Shown piece after piece: positions 7,740-17,664 of a DNA stretch of 39,402 bases. Position numbers and translations under genes: made by a program. Each line of letters starts with the position of its first letter. Positions within the stretch are counted from its first letter, which is position 1. The notes beneath the pieces are model-generated. The model saw only the letters and a program-made list of their open reading frames with translations, was not told the DNA's origin and did no database searches. This DNA is from a virus (lineage: Duplodnaviria; Caudoviricetes), in IMG/VR virus record IMGVR_UViG_3300005077_000043, positions 1 to 39,402 of that record; one strand, written 5' to 3'.

Positions 7740-8141
7740 GTGCCGACAGAGCAGAAGGTCGAGATCGTTAATAAAGCAGGGCATTCGATTTATCCGATTG
7801 AGCCCGGCGTCGTCTTCCTGACTCACGACATCAAATCTATTATTAATCCTCAGATCAGTGAATTGCCGATTGACCATTATGAATATATCTGGATTCACGC
7901 GCTCTGTAAGATACGCATAAATATGCAGCCTAAAATGAGAAAAGTGAATATTGCAAGGTTACTCGTCCCGGTCCCGGTTTCTTTCCGAAAGATGGTCCAA
8001 CCGATTCAGGTAAAGACGGTGCGCTTTGATTATTTGACGATGAAATTCAGCAAGGGATTTGATGTCGTCGGCGAGGCAAAATGGGACAGGAATAAAGACA
8101 CTTCATACCGAAGATTTTATAAACTTCTCGAGCTTATATAA
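7740..8141 (+). CDS. Hypothetical protein
   Basis: 133 aa, GTG start after purine-rich SD. Confidence 0.6.
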   Translation: MPTEQKVEIVNKAGHSIYPIEPGVVFLTHDIKSIINPQISELPIDHYEYIWIHALCKIRINMQPKMRKVNIARLLVPVPVSFRKMVQPIQVKTVRFDYLTMKFSKGFDVVGEAKWDRNKDTSYRRFYKLLELI

Positions 8142-8201
8142 CTTTTTTTAGTGGTGATTCTTACCACGAATTAATCGAATAACTATAATATGTAAGAAGT
8201 G

Positions 8202-8296
8202 TGCAAAGAATTGCACATATTCTATTCTTGTTGCACAACAACTTACGGTAAAGTTTTATCTTGACAAAAACAAATATGCAAAGTATTGCATATATT
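8202..8296 (+). promoter_or_regulatory. Candidate late promoter with two TGCAA-N4-TTGCA palindromes
   Basis: Palindromes at 8202-8215 and 8277-8290; TTGACA at 8261-8266; -10 box weak and overlapped by second palindrome. Confidence 0.55.
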
Positions 8297-8322
8297 AGTG
8301 CGAAAAAATAGGAGTTTCTGAT

Positions 8323-8940
8323 TTGTCGAGAAATAGCGAACCGATCCAGCTTGACGATATCCGGAAGAAAGATCGCCGCGATAACGCGGAACTCTACCTG
8401 AAGGATAATGAAGAGACCCGGAAATTGTCTCCAAAGCAGCGGGCGTTTGCTATGTCGGTAATGGAAAATCCAGAACTCCCCGATACTGCCCATAAAAAAA
8501 TTGCCGGATACAGCGAGAACACGACGATTACTGAAGTGAAGAGATCGATTCAGGGGAAATTGAAACATACCCTGGAAGAGGCCGGTATATTTGAATCCGA
8601 TCTTGGCCGATGCCTGGCCGAGGGGTTGAACGCCAATCGTATCCGGTACGTGAAGGTCCCAATCGTCGAGGACGGGAAAGTCGTGAGATATGAAGTAAAG
8701 CGCGAAGAGGAGCCGGATTTTGCAATCCGGCACAAGTATTTTAATTCGGCACTGAAGCTCGGTCAGTATTTCCCCGCGGTGAAGGTTGAGCATTCCGGCA
8801 CGCAGACGGTAGAGCATAAAGTCCTTCATATTCTCCAAAATGTCCCGACCCACATCCTTGAGCAGAATATCAAACAAATGGAGAGCGATGGGGTTGAGGC
8901 TGAATTCGAAGAAATAGAGGAAGATTATGACGCTGCGTAA
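8323..8940 (+). CDS. terS: Terminase small subunit
   Basis: LSPKQRAF...AGYS HTH motif, VKVEHSG C-terminal strand, directly upstream of terL; TTG start with AGGAG SD. Confidence 0.8.
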   Translation: MSRNSEPIQLDDIRKKDRRDNAELYLKDNEETRKLSPKQRAFAMSVMENPELPDTAHKKIAGYSENTTITEVKRSIQGKLKHTLEEAGIFESDLGRCLAEGLNANRIRYVKVPIVEDGKVVRYEVKREEEPDFAIRHKYFNSALKLGQYFPAVKVEHSGTQTVEHKVLHILQNVPTHILEQNIKQMESDGVEAEFEEIEEDYDAA

Positions 8941-10684
8941 TCAACAGTTATCGCCCGACGAAAAGTCTGCTTTGCTGTTTATGCAGCGGGCTCAGCTTGC
9001 CCGTACTGATGTATGGAACTATCTCAAGTATTTTGTCTATACCCATGATGAGCATGACAAGGATGCTCCTGTAAAGGCATTCCCTCGATTGTTGATGTAT
9101 CGTATAATAGTCCGGGCCTATGAAGAACATCACGTTTTGTTTATAGAGAAATCACGCCAGATTATGATGTCGTGGCTTTTTGCTGCTATCTTTTTACATG
9201 ATATATTGTTTTATAAACATCGGCGAATAGCATTCCAGTCGAGAGAGGATGATTCCGCCTCGGCTCTTGTTCAGCGGGCAGAATTTATTTATGAACAATT
9301 AATAGCTCGCGGATTTCCGGACCTTCCTGAACCAAAGTGGGTAAACGGGAAGGTTGGTACAGAAAATAAACTCAAAATTCCCTCTAATAATAGCGTGATT
9401 ATTGCGGTTCCACGGGGAGAAAAAGTTTTTAGGTCATATACATTTTCTGGACTATTGAGTGATGAGATTGCTCACCAAGAATATCCTGAAAAAACCTATA
9501 AGGCCGCCTACCCGACAACCGGAAGAACTGGCCACTACGTTGCCGTAGGTACCCCTAATGGGAAAGTCTTTAACTATCAAATGATGTATGGTATTGACGA
9601 ACGCACGGGGCGACAAGCAGGAGTAAAGGTTGTTGATTCTTATGATATAACAAGAGAAAGATATTCTGAAGATCAATTATTGTCTATGAGTAAAGAAGAA
9701 TTTTACTCGATTCCATTTGAAGAAGTTGTCGCGTGCGCTCCGGGGATGCGTTTTTGGATAATGAAGATGGGTGACTTTGAGACCCCTTGTCTGCGCGTTC
9801 ATTATTCGGCAGACCCCAATAAAAGACCAGGTACTGATAGGGGAGACAGGTGGATATCGGAAGAAAAAAAAGGTTGCCCACCGTCGGTATGGGAACAGGA
9901 ATATGAAATCAGCTACGAGACTTACGCCGGACGGAAAGTAATCACGAACTGGTCGCGCAGTATTTTCGTCAAAGGCGAGGCGAATTGCGACCAGAAGGAA
10001 CTCGTACAGATTTCTTGCGATTTCGGGACCAAGGTTTGCTGCGCTCTGTTTGGGCAGTATAATAAGCTCCCGGATTTCAATTTTTACCAGGCGGTACTCT
10101 TCCATGAAATTGTACTCCGAGACTCGAACACCGTCGCCCTTGCAAATGAAATAGAACGGATACTCCGGAATTATTATCCGAAAATCTGGCGCGAACACAA
10201 CTTTGTAATCCACCCCGATCCGGCCGGCTATCAGAAAAAGTCGAATACATCGGAGAAGTCGTTACAGACCGATATCGGGATATTGCGGGCCAAGGGCTTT
10301 CCTATAAGAAGTAAGAAGCTGGCCGTCGGCGAATCGACCGAATTGGTCGAGACGGTCTTTGCTATGTCTTCTCCGGAGGGACATCCGGCAGTAATTATCC
10401 ATCCCCGGTGCGAATATCATATCGGCGCTCTGGAGGGTGGTTGGCGTTACCCGGATATCGAGATTGGAAAGCTCGGCCGTGTCCCGGAAAAAGACGGAGA
10501 ATGGGATCACGCCGGAGACGATGTGCGGCATCTACTTGCGAATATGTTCGACGTGAAACACTTAGTCGGCAAGGTCTATGCCCCACCAGTAACGCCACTT
10601 GTGAAGGTCAGAAACCCGGTGACAGGCCAGATTGTCGGAATGAAACGGCAAAATCACGGCAGGAGAAATGTCTATGTCAGATAG
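8927..10684 (+). CDS. terL: Terminase large subunit
   Basis: IEKSRQIMMSW Walker A variant, LLSDEIAH Walker B, GTPNG motif, nuclease CDFG and DHAGDD.R. Confidence 0.93.
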   Translation: MTLRNQQLSPDEKSALLFMQRAQLARTDVWNYLKYFVYTHDEHDKDAPVKAFPRLLMYRIIVRAYEEHHVLFIEKSRQIMMSWLFAAIFLHDILFYKHRRIAFQSREDDSASALVQRAEFIYEQLIARGFPDLPEPKWVNGKVGTENKLKIPSNNSVIIAVPRGEKVFRSYTFSGLLSDEIAHQEYPEKTYKAAYPTTGRTGHYVAVGTPNGKVFNYQMMYGIDERTGRQAGVKVVDSYDITRERYSEDQLLSMSKEEFYSIPFEEVVACAPGMRFWIMKMGDFETPCLRVHYSADPNKRPGTDRGDRWISEEKKGCPPSVWEQEYEISYETYAGRKVITNWSRSIFVKGEANCDQKELVQISCDFGTKVCCALFGQYNKLPDFNFYQAVLFHEIVLRDSNTVALANEIERILRNYYPKIWREHNFVIHPDPAGYQKKSNTSEKSLQTDIGILRAKGFPIRSKKLAVGESTELVETVFAMSSPEGHPAVIIHPRCEYHIGALEGGWRYPDIEIGKLGRVPEKDGEWDHAGDDVRHLLANMFDVKHLVGKVYAPPVTPLVKVRNPVTGQIVGMKRQNHGRRNVYVR

Positions 10685-12698
10685 CTTGCGGGCGCTCCGG
10701 TCAATGGGCGACGATGAAGCCGTCGAGTATATCAACGAGACCTATACTTCGGCGCAAACAGCCAAAGCGCAGTCAATCGACCGGTGTATGCGGTATCTCG
10801 ATATGTATCAGGCTCTCGATGTCTACGACGAACGACTGGACAAGGAAACCAACTCCCTCGAGACCGATGAGAATATTTGGAGCAACACCTATCTGCCGGT
10901 TGTCGCTGCTCGAGTCGACACCGCGGTCTGTAACCATTACAATACGCTGTTCTCTACTGCGGAATATCTTCGCTATGATCCCGATGATGATGCCGACAGT
11001 CTGGTCGCTATGAAAATCTCTGCTCACATACTGAGCCTCCATAAGGAGACTAAATTCAAACATGTGGCATTTTTGTCTTTGCTCGGATGCCATTGTTTTG
11101 ATTATGCCGTGACCATGACGAATTGGCGGCTTGAGGGCGGGTATATCCCGCAGCGGAATATCCGAATCGAGTCGGTCGATCTGGGCGGCTACAAAATGCC
11201 TCGCCGGAAAATCGACATGGATTTGCGGTGGGTCCCCGATAAAATCGACCGGCCTGAAGTTTCGGTCATTGATTATTTCAAATGCTACCACGATTGGAAT
11301 GCCAAAATCGGATTTGAAGACTCCTCATTCTTTATCGATGTCTATCAGATGGAGATGTCGGAGCTTGAAGACATGGCCCAAGGGGACGACAACCCACTCG
11401 GCGTCTATTACAATGTCGGGAAGATTCGGGAAAAGGTCCTCGAGGAAAATGGCTGGCTGAATACCTCGAGTAAAAAGCCGATTGACCCGGCCATAGTCGA
11501 CAACCCATTGTACCGTACCAAGAAGGTCGATATCGTCCGCTGTCATACGAAGCACCATATTGCTCATATGTGCGGGGAGATTATTATCCGGCGCCAGGAC
11601 ACTTTTGACTGGATGGTTGACCTTTGGCGCTGTTACCACAACCCGGGGCGATTCGCCGGGATGGGCCTGATCCAACGCGCCGAGCGAATGCAGTACGATA
11701 TCAATGGTGATGTAAACCAGCGCCGAAACCTGTATAATCTTGTGACAGACCCGGTATTCGCTATAAGCAGCGACCTCGAGTCATTGAGCGGGTCGACGAC
11801 ACTATTCCCCGGTAAGTGCTTCACCTTCGATAGTGAGCGCAACGCGGAAGAACTCATTCACGTTCACCAGCCTTCAATCGGACCCCCGCCGAATGCCATG
11901 CAGGACCTCGGCCTTGAAATCTCCATGATTGATGATATCACCGGGATCAACGAGAACATGCTCGGCAATTTTGCCAGCGGGCGCCGGACCGCCAGAGAGG
12001 TCTCGAACGTCGCCAGCGGCAGCGCGAGCCGGTTCATGTGCACTTCCGATATGTATGAGGAGCTGGTTCTCGAATCCATCTACATGAAGGAATTCAAGCT
12101 CAGTCAGTTATTGATGACTCGGGCCGCCAGGTTTAAGCATTATGGCGAAGAGGGAGTTTATTCGGTCGTTGTTACGCCGGAGGATTACAAACTGACGGGA
12201 AGTGGTAGGTTCCGCGCCAAGGGGTCCAAGACGCTTCGGGACGACGCAATCAAAACACAGCAGTTCATGTCGGCCATGCAGTTTGTCGTTCCGTTCCAGC
12301 AATATCATAACATCCCCGCGATTCTGAAGGAATTGTGGATGCACTTGAGCCCGGAAAACGCGGCAAAGTTCGTGAAGGACCCGGCGGCTAATGCTCACAA
12401 TATCCCGCAGCAAATTGAAATTGAGATTATGATTAAGGGCCGAACGGTTCAGGTCAGTCCTGCCAATAACGATCAGGAGCACTTGCAAATACTCGATGCT
12501 TACATGAATAGTCCGGACTACCAGATACTCCCGGAATCGAGAAAGCGCCTATTCGAGAACCACAAGGCGGCTCATTCGGCCCAGTTGATGCAGGGTATGG
12601 CCCAGGTTTTGGGCGGCGGCCAGATGGCTTTGTCGCCCGGTGGTGAAGAGCGGGTATCTCAGGGCATGTCCGGCGTCGGATTGCGAGGTGTTCAATGA
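10668..12698 (+). CDS. Portal protein (podovirus type)
   Basis: Follows terL; 676 aa; PGRFAGMG, ITGIN..MLG, RTAREV motifs, helical Q-rich C-terminus. Confidence 0.88.
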   Translation: MSMSDSLRALRSMGDDEAVEYINETYTSAQTAKAQSIDRCMRYLDMYQALDVYDERLDKETNSLETDENIWSNTYLPVVAARVDTAVCNHYNTLFSTAEYLRYDPDDDADSLVAMKISAHILSLHKETKFKHVAFLSLLGCHCFDYAVTMTNWRLEGGYIPQRNIRIESVDLGGYKMPRRKIDMDLRWVPDKIDRPEVSVIDYFKCYHDWNAKIGFEDSSFFIDVYQMEMSELEDMAQGDDNPLGVYYNVGKIREKVLEENGWLNTSSKKPIDPAIVDNPLYRTKKVDIVRCHTKHHIAHMCGEIIIRRQDTFDWMVDLWRCYHNPGRFAGMGLIQRAERMQYDINGDVNQRRNLYNLVTDPVFAISSDLESLSGSTTLFPGKCFTFDSERNAEELIHVHQPSIGPPPNAMQDLGLEISMIDDITGINENMLGNFASGRRTAREVSNVASGSASRFMCTSDMYEELVLESIYMKEFKLSQLLMTRAARFKHYGEEGVYSVVVTPEDYKLTGSGRFRAKGSKTLRDDAIKTQQFMSAMQFVVPFQQYHNIPAILKELWMHLSPENAAKFVKDPAANAHNIPQQIEIEIMIKGRTVQVSPANNDQEHLQILDAYMNSPDYQILPESRKRLFENHKAAHSAQLMQGMAQVLGGGQMALSPGGEERVSQGMSGVGLRGVQ

Positions 12699-12943
12699 GA
12701 GCGAAGGATAGAGGCGAATTGAGCGTAGAGGCCGCGCAGTATTTAGCCCTGGCAAAATCAGAGGGGTGGAAGAAAATCTGCGAATATGTCGATTTGAAGA
12801 TTAAAAACATAGAGAAACGGGCCCTTGAACATCTGGCAAAGCATGAGCCCAACAAGGCTGAGGCTTTTGCGGTCAAGGGTGATAACTGGCGCGAGCTGCT
12901 TGGCATAATCAAGACTAAGCTCGCTAACTCAACGCAGGAGTAA
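12695..12943 (+). CDS. Small helical protein between portal and scaffold
   Basis: L..SEGWK.I motif common at this position in podophages. Confidence 0.7.
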   Translation: MRAKDRGELSVEAAQYLALAKSEGWKKICEYVDLKIKNIEKRALEHLAKHEPNKAEAFAVKGDNWRELLGIIKTKLANSTQE

Positions 12944-12948
12944 CAGAT

Positions 12949-13785
12949 ATGCTATTTAGGCGGTTTTACGACGCTGACGACGGCGGCGGTTCGGGCGATG
13001 CCCTTGCTGACGGCGGCGGGGCACAAATTGGCGGTTCCAAGGCTGGCTCCGGCGGCGTCGGTGCTAACGATGGTTCCACCAAGCCAGACAGCGGAAAGCC
13101 TGTTGATTACGAAGCCTTCTATAATCAACACAAAGAGTCGGTGGCGAAGCTGCCGGAGCTTGAAAAAGAAATCGATTCGCTCAAGAAAACGAACGGAACG
13201 ATCGGAAACAAGCTCGGGAGTTTCAAGAAGATTGAGGACCGGATTAAAACCGATCCGAAGGGATTCATTGAGACTCTGGCGGCTGAGCATCAACTGAAAG
13301 TGAAATTCGGCGATACGGTTGATTTTGGCGACAAGGACATCACGGAGATGACTCCCGAAGAGCGGAAGAAGTATATCGCTTTTGAAGTATCTCGGGGCGT
13401 CGAGGAGCACAAGCTCACAATGAGCAAAGAGTTCGCCATGATCCAAGACCACCAGATGCAGACCAAGTATGAAGATTGGGAGGACCAGAAGGCGGCCCGG
13501 GAGAACGTCCGGCTTGCCCTCATGAGCGGCGAAATGACGCACGCTGAAGTCCATCACCTCGCATTGCGCGGGGCGAATATGCCCAAGATTCTTGAGGCGC
13601 ACAAGGAGCAGGTTATCGCCGAGTATCAGGCCGAATTACAGAAGAAGGGTGCGGCCGGTCAACACGGCGGTGGAACACGCCCAGAACCTAAACCCGGCCA
13701 AAACGTCGGAGACAGCCAACTCGACCTGTCCAAACCGCAGGGACGAGAAGCTCTCCAACGGGCCGCGAAACGCGCAAGACATTAA
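12949..13785 (+). CDS. Capsid scaffolding protein
   Basis: Disordered G/D-rich N-terminus, coiled coils, basic C-terminal helix; upstream of capsid gene. Confidence 0.8.
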   Translation: MLFRRFYDADDGGGSGDALADGGGAQIGGSKAGSGGVGANDGSTKPDSGKPVDYEAFYNQHKESVAKLPELEKEIDSLKKTNGTIGNKLGSFKKIEDRIKTDPKGFIETLAAEHQLKVKFGDTVDFGDKDITEMTPEERKKYIAFEVSRGVEEHKLTMSKEFAMIQDHQMQTKYEDWEDQKAARENVRLALMSGEMTHAEVHHLALRGANMPKILEAHKEQVIAEYQAELQKKGAAGQHGGGTRPEPKPGQNVGDSQLDLSKPQGREALQRAAKRARH

Positions 13786-13795
13786 GGAGAATTAA

Positions 13796-14989
13796 TTGTC
13801 ACTACCAAATGCAGTAACTTATACACGGGATTTGCGGGACTCATCGGATGAGATTAGCCAGGCTCGACCGTTAGCAATCGGCGAGAATATCTGGATTAAC
13901 GACCCGAACGAGAACAAACTGCTTTCCCGTATTATGAGAACGGCAGGTAATCAGGCGGTCGACCAGGTGACGTTCGGACATCTTGAGGATGCACCGAATG
14001 CAAACTGGGTGACTTATAGTGGCGCCGATGAAACATCTTCGCAGGCGACGACTGGCTTGGCGATAACTGGTGTCGGATCACGCTGCGCCGAGGGGACGCG
14101 GTTGGTCAATGCCAGAAACAAAGAAGTCATTCGTCTTACTGCGGATGCAGCTTCGGCTAATGTCACTGCCGCTGTCGCCCGTAATTTCGGGCGTGGCGTC
14201 TCCACGGATTACCTGCTCAACGGTGATAAGCTCTTCATCATCCCCCCGGCGATGTATGAAGGCTTTACAATGGGTAAGGGCTTGACCAACGCCAAGGTCT
14301 ACAAGTCCTTCAACACCGGTATTCTGTCCTATCCGGTCAGAATAACCGGAACTGAAGGGGCCACGAAACAGCGCGGCGGAAGTCCGTTCGAACGCGGTCT
14401 CTTCAAGTCTTGGAAGCAGAGCAAAGACCAGATGGAAGCTGAACTGCTTTACGGTTCAGGTACTCTCGATACGACTACCTATGCCCAAAGCATGCACGCA
14501 GCCACCGGCCTTTATGATGTTATCGAGACCAACGTGTTCACTATCGGCGGCACCCTGTCCCGCCGTGACCTCTGGGATATTCTGACCGAAGTTTCCCTGC
14601 TCAACAAAATGGGGATGATGATTGTGTGTTCGCAATTCATGAAGAACCTGATTGCTGAGTGGGCTCTGGAACTGGTCGAATATGTCCAGGGCACCGATGT
14701 TGATGGCATCGAAATCGACAAGGTTAAAACCCCTGTCGGCACTTTCGAAATCGTCGTAGTCGATTTTCTCAATCAGGAAGAGCACCTGATGGGTGACATA
14801 TTCCTGATTCCTTCCGATCCCGCTATTGATTATGTCCACTTGGAAGCGAATGGTCGCAACCGCGATATCGCCTACAAGCCAGTCGACCGTGAAGAAGTCG
14901 ACCAGGATGAAGGTCATATCATGGGCGAGTATGGATGGGAATACTACCTTGAAGAGAAATTCGCCTACATAACCGGAATTGAATTCTAA
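13796..14989 (+). CDS. Major capsid protein (DUF5309/SU10-like, with insertion domain)
   Basis: N.T.I...V.ITGT, E..LLYG, T.GL...I, TPVG, D...G.I.GEYG motifs; TAAGGAG SD; TTG start. Confidence 0.88.
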   Translation: MSLPNAVTYTRDLRDSSDEISQARPLAIGENIWINDPNENKLLSRIMRTAGNQAVDQVTFGHLEDAPNANWVTYSGADETSSQATTGLAITGVGSRCAEGTRLVNARNKEVIRLTADAASANVTAAVARNFGRGVSTDYLLNGDKLFIIPPAMYEGFTMGKGLTNAKVYKSFNTGILSYPVRITGTEGATKQRGGSPFERGLFKSWKQSKDQMEAELLYGSGTLDTTTYAQSMHAATGLYDVIETNVFTIGGTLSRRDLWDILTEVSLLNKMGMMIVCSQFMKNLIAEWALELVEYVQGTDVDGIEIDKVKTPVGTFEIVVVDFLNQEEHLMGDIFLIPSDPAIDYVHLEANGRNRDIAYKPVDREEVDQDEGHIMGEYGWEYYLEEKFAYITGIEF

Positions 14990-15000
14990 GGAGGAATGGG

Positions 15001-15813
15001 ATGAGCCCGATATTTTGTAATCGTCCGTCAGCCTCCGAGGTTGACAAATTCCACATTGAGTCGCTGTACGATCTTGACGTTCTTTTCCGCCTGTACTACA
15101 TCGGCGCTGAAGAGAGCGGTATTGTCGATATTGCATCAACAGGCGATATGACATTCAAGCATGGCGATTCAGGTTCCGAAGAGGCCGACACCGATACCAA
15201 GTTGGATGCCGGTGGCCTCGGGGTCATCGATGTCAGCGCGGATATTACCGACTACCATAGCCTTGAACGTCATATCAATTTGACCGACAACTGGCGCATG
15301 GTTCCTGTCGGCTGTCTGCCCGATGCCGACCCGCACACGACTACCACCGGCCACTTCACGGAAGTCACCGGAGGTAATTGCTCCGCGGTTAATGGCTATG
15401 CCGTCACCGGCGATAACAGCGATGCGCTGTATCTGACCTGTGGTATCACGCAGCGCGGCAAGCCCGGCAAGATACACAATACCGACCATCAGATGATTCA
15501 CCAGATTCATCGGATTGTCGAATCTTCAACTTTTGCTTCCGGAACGTCGACACTCAAGGTCTACGCCTGTGACGACGATGACGGAACCAAAGAAGAAATC
15601 CTGGCCCTTACTTCGGCTGCGACAACGGCTGAAGTCGCATACCCGGCCCTGACGACTCCGGCAACAGAGGTTATGGCTCAGGTCAAGGGTAAACGCATGG
15701 TCGTTCATCTCTTGAACTCGGCCGCTTTGACCGCCGGTTATATCAAAGTAGATGGTTGCAGTTGGAAGGTCGGCCCATCGGTCGATTCTGCGAAGCTGTG
15801 GTCCAAGTATTAA
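15001..15813 (+). CDS. Putative capsid decoration/cement protein
   Basis: Follows capsid gene, strong AAGGAGG SD, beta-rich A/T/G/D composition. Confidence 0.55.
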   Translation: MSPIFCNRPSASEVDKFHIESLYDLDVLFRLYYIGAEESGIVDIASTGDMTFKHGDSGSEEADTDTKLDAGGLGVIDVSADITDYHSLERHINLTDNWRMVPVGCLPDADPHTTTTGHFTEVTGGNCSAVNGYAVTGDNSDALYLTCGITQRGKPGKIHNTDHQMIHQIHRIVESSTFASGTSTLKVYACDDDDGTKEEILALTSAATTAEVAYPALTTPATEVMAQVKGKRMVVHLLNSAALTAGYIKVDGCSWKVGPSVDSAKLWSKY

Positions 15814-15820
15814 TCACATA

Positions 15821-15852
15821 GCGGTGGGGGGGGCGTAAGCCCCTTCCTTCGC
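15821..15852 (+). other. GNRA-capped hairpin after the capsid genes
   Basis: GGGGC-GTAA-GCCCC core extended by G-U pairs; no U-tract. Confidence 0.55.
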
Positions 15853-15870
15853 AAACACAAAGGAGCGATT

Positions 15871-16335
15871 ATGTGGGAGAGACGATTACCGAAAGAATAT
15901 CAGAAGCACGACCTGCCGGCCGGGGCCAGCTTTGTTGTTTCAAACGAAAACACAAAAGTTCTCCGCCTGCTGCTCAAGGCGGCCGACGAAGTATATGACA
16001 AGGCCCTGAAACGCGATGTCATTGTCCCCAACTCGGCGGTAAGAGTTACATTTAAGGGTGGGACGTTCACGACTCACAACTCCAAGATGCGTGACCTTCT
16101 GCTCAATCATCATGCGTTTGGTTTGAGCGGAAAAGAAGGGTTCAACATTGATATCACCGATCCGACCGGATACTGGCGGGCATCCGGCGTGTTGACCACC
16201 GGAACGCAGGAAACAGTTGTGGCTGTGGCCTCGGGCGCTGACCTGAAGAAACTGGATAATGATGCCGCGGTCAAACGGTTCAAGGAAATCGCCGATAAGA
16301 AGGAAGAAATCAAACCTCTGGCGATAGCGCTGTAA
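15871..16335 (+). CDS. Hypothetical virion-module protein
   Basis: 154 aa, AAGGAG SD, no signal peptide. Confidence 0.7.
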   Translation: MWERRLPKEYQKHDLPAGASFVVSNENTKVLRLLLKAADEVYDKALKRDVIVPNSAVRVTFKGGTFTTHNSKMRDLLLNHHAFGLSGKEGFNIDITDPTGYWRASGVLTTGTQETVVAVASGADLKKLDNDAAVKRFKEIADKKEEIKPLAIAL

Positions 16336-16336
16336 G

Positions 16337-17011
16337 ATGGCGTCGAAATCGCATATAGTTGATTCTCTCCTGGTCGAATGCGGAAAAGCATCGGCCGGGG
16401 TGAGGGAAGAAATCAGTCGGAAAGTTGGCGAGATTGCTCTCGATATGCTTCAGCAAAACGATGGTCGGTTCTCTGCCTTGAAAAAGACAGAGACTTATAC
16501 CATCGCTACCGATACGCTGAAGTATAAACTTCCGGCCGATTTCTTTGCGATTGCCGTCGAGTCCCAAGAGGTCGACAGTGATGGCGCCTACAAAAACATC
16601 GTCGAAATCGTCGATAAGGACGACATCCTGACCCGCAAACGGCAGGGCGCTTATTATGGGTATCGGCTCTGTTACATCGAGCTTGATACCGATAACGCTT
16701 CCGGCCGCGGGTGGTATTTAGTGTTGTCAGATTATGCCCCGTCGAGCGCGATATTCGAGATAGATTATTTCCGCGAACCGACCGAAGATGATGTCGATGC
16801 TATCAAAGAGACCAGCCTTCTGAAGTCGGGGGTGCGCGGGGCGTTGCCGCATTTGTTTTCGACCGCCGAAGTCGATTCATACAAATACATGAATCGGATA
16901 GACAAATATCAGGAGAGCCCGACCAAGACTCGGACTTCACTGTCGTATCGGCCGAACATCAGGACGCAGCGGCGCAACCAACTCATGCACCGTATCGGGA
17001 GGGGATCGTGA
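16337..17011 (+). CDS. Head-tail adaptor (tail tubular A-like), cytoplasmic copy
   Basis: Helical N-terminus, KYKLPADF motif, I.Y...P; no signal peptide. Confidence 0.7.
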   Translation: MASKSHIVDSLLVECGKASAGVREEISRKVGEIALDMLQQNDGRFSALKKTETYTIATDTLKYKLPADFFAIAVESQEVDSDGAYKNIVEIVDKDDILTRKRQGAYYGYRLCYIELDTDNASGRGWYLVLSDYAPSSAIFEIDYFREPTEDDVDAIKETSLLKSGVRGALPHLFSTAEVDSYKYMNRIDKYQESPTKTRTSLSYRPNIRTQRRNQLMHRIGRGS

Positions 17012-17664
17012 AGAAAATTGTATTCATACTTCTTCTGGTATTACTGCCCGGATTGCTGCAAGCCGCAACTCTGGGCGATTTGCTATGGCAGATGAATCAG
17101 AGAATCAATGAAGACACCAGCTATGCCCTGATCCCGGACACGGCGAAGATGCTGTTCCTCGATATGGCACAGTATTCTATTTCAAGAAACATGGACTATT
17201 TGCCGAAGCGCGTGGATGTGTCTTTCAGCCTCGATTCGATAAAGTATGCTTTGCCTTCCGATTTTGTCGGCCTGTCTGAAAATGCGGTCATGGCCCTTGA
17301 AGTTATCAGCGGTGTTGATACGGTCGGATGGTCTCCGGTATGGATGAATCCCGGATTTCGGATTGATACGACGGCGACCACCTATCAGTATTTTATTGCA
17401 TGGGAGACCTCGGCTCAGGCCGAGATATATTTGAAGGGAACCCGTTTTCTCGAGGGACAGACAATCAGGATATTTTATCGGGCATGGCCGAGTCAGTTGA
17501 CCGCGAGAACAGACACCGTTTCTATCCCGGTCCGCGACCAGGTTCTTGTCGTTCAGGAGGCGGTGAGTTATTACAAGCAGGCACAGGAAAATTATGCGGC
17601 CTTCCAATTATTGTGGAATATGATCCGTAGCGATATGGGGATCGGAGTGCAGGAGAAGCAATGA
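17008..17664 (+). CDS. Second adaptor/ring protein with signal peptide
   Basis: MKKIVFILLLVLLPGLLQA|ATLGDLL..MNQRINE; KYALPSDF motif; IRIFYRAWP. Confidence 0.75.
   Translation: MKKIVFILLLVLLPGLLQAATLGDLLWQMNQRINEDTSYALIPDTAKMLFLDMAQYSISRNMDYLPKRVDVSFSLDSIKYALPSDFVGLSENAVMALEVISGVDTVGWSPVWMNPGFRIDTTATTYQYFIAWETSAQAEIYLKGTRFLEGQTIRIFYRAWPSQLTARTDTVSIPVRDQVLVVQEAVSYYKQAQENYAAFQLLWNMIRSDMGIGVQEKQ

Noticed and set aside
14987-15001. Readthrough or frameshift extension of the capsid protein
   Set aside because: Next ORF is in a different frame, has its own strong SD, and no slippery site is evident
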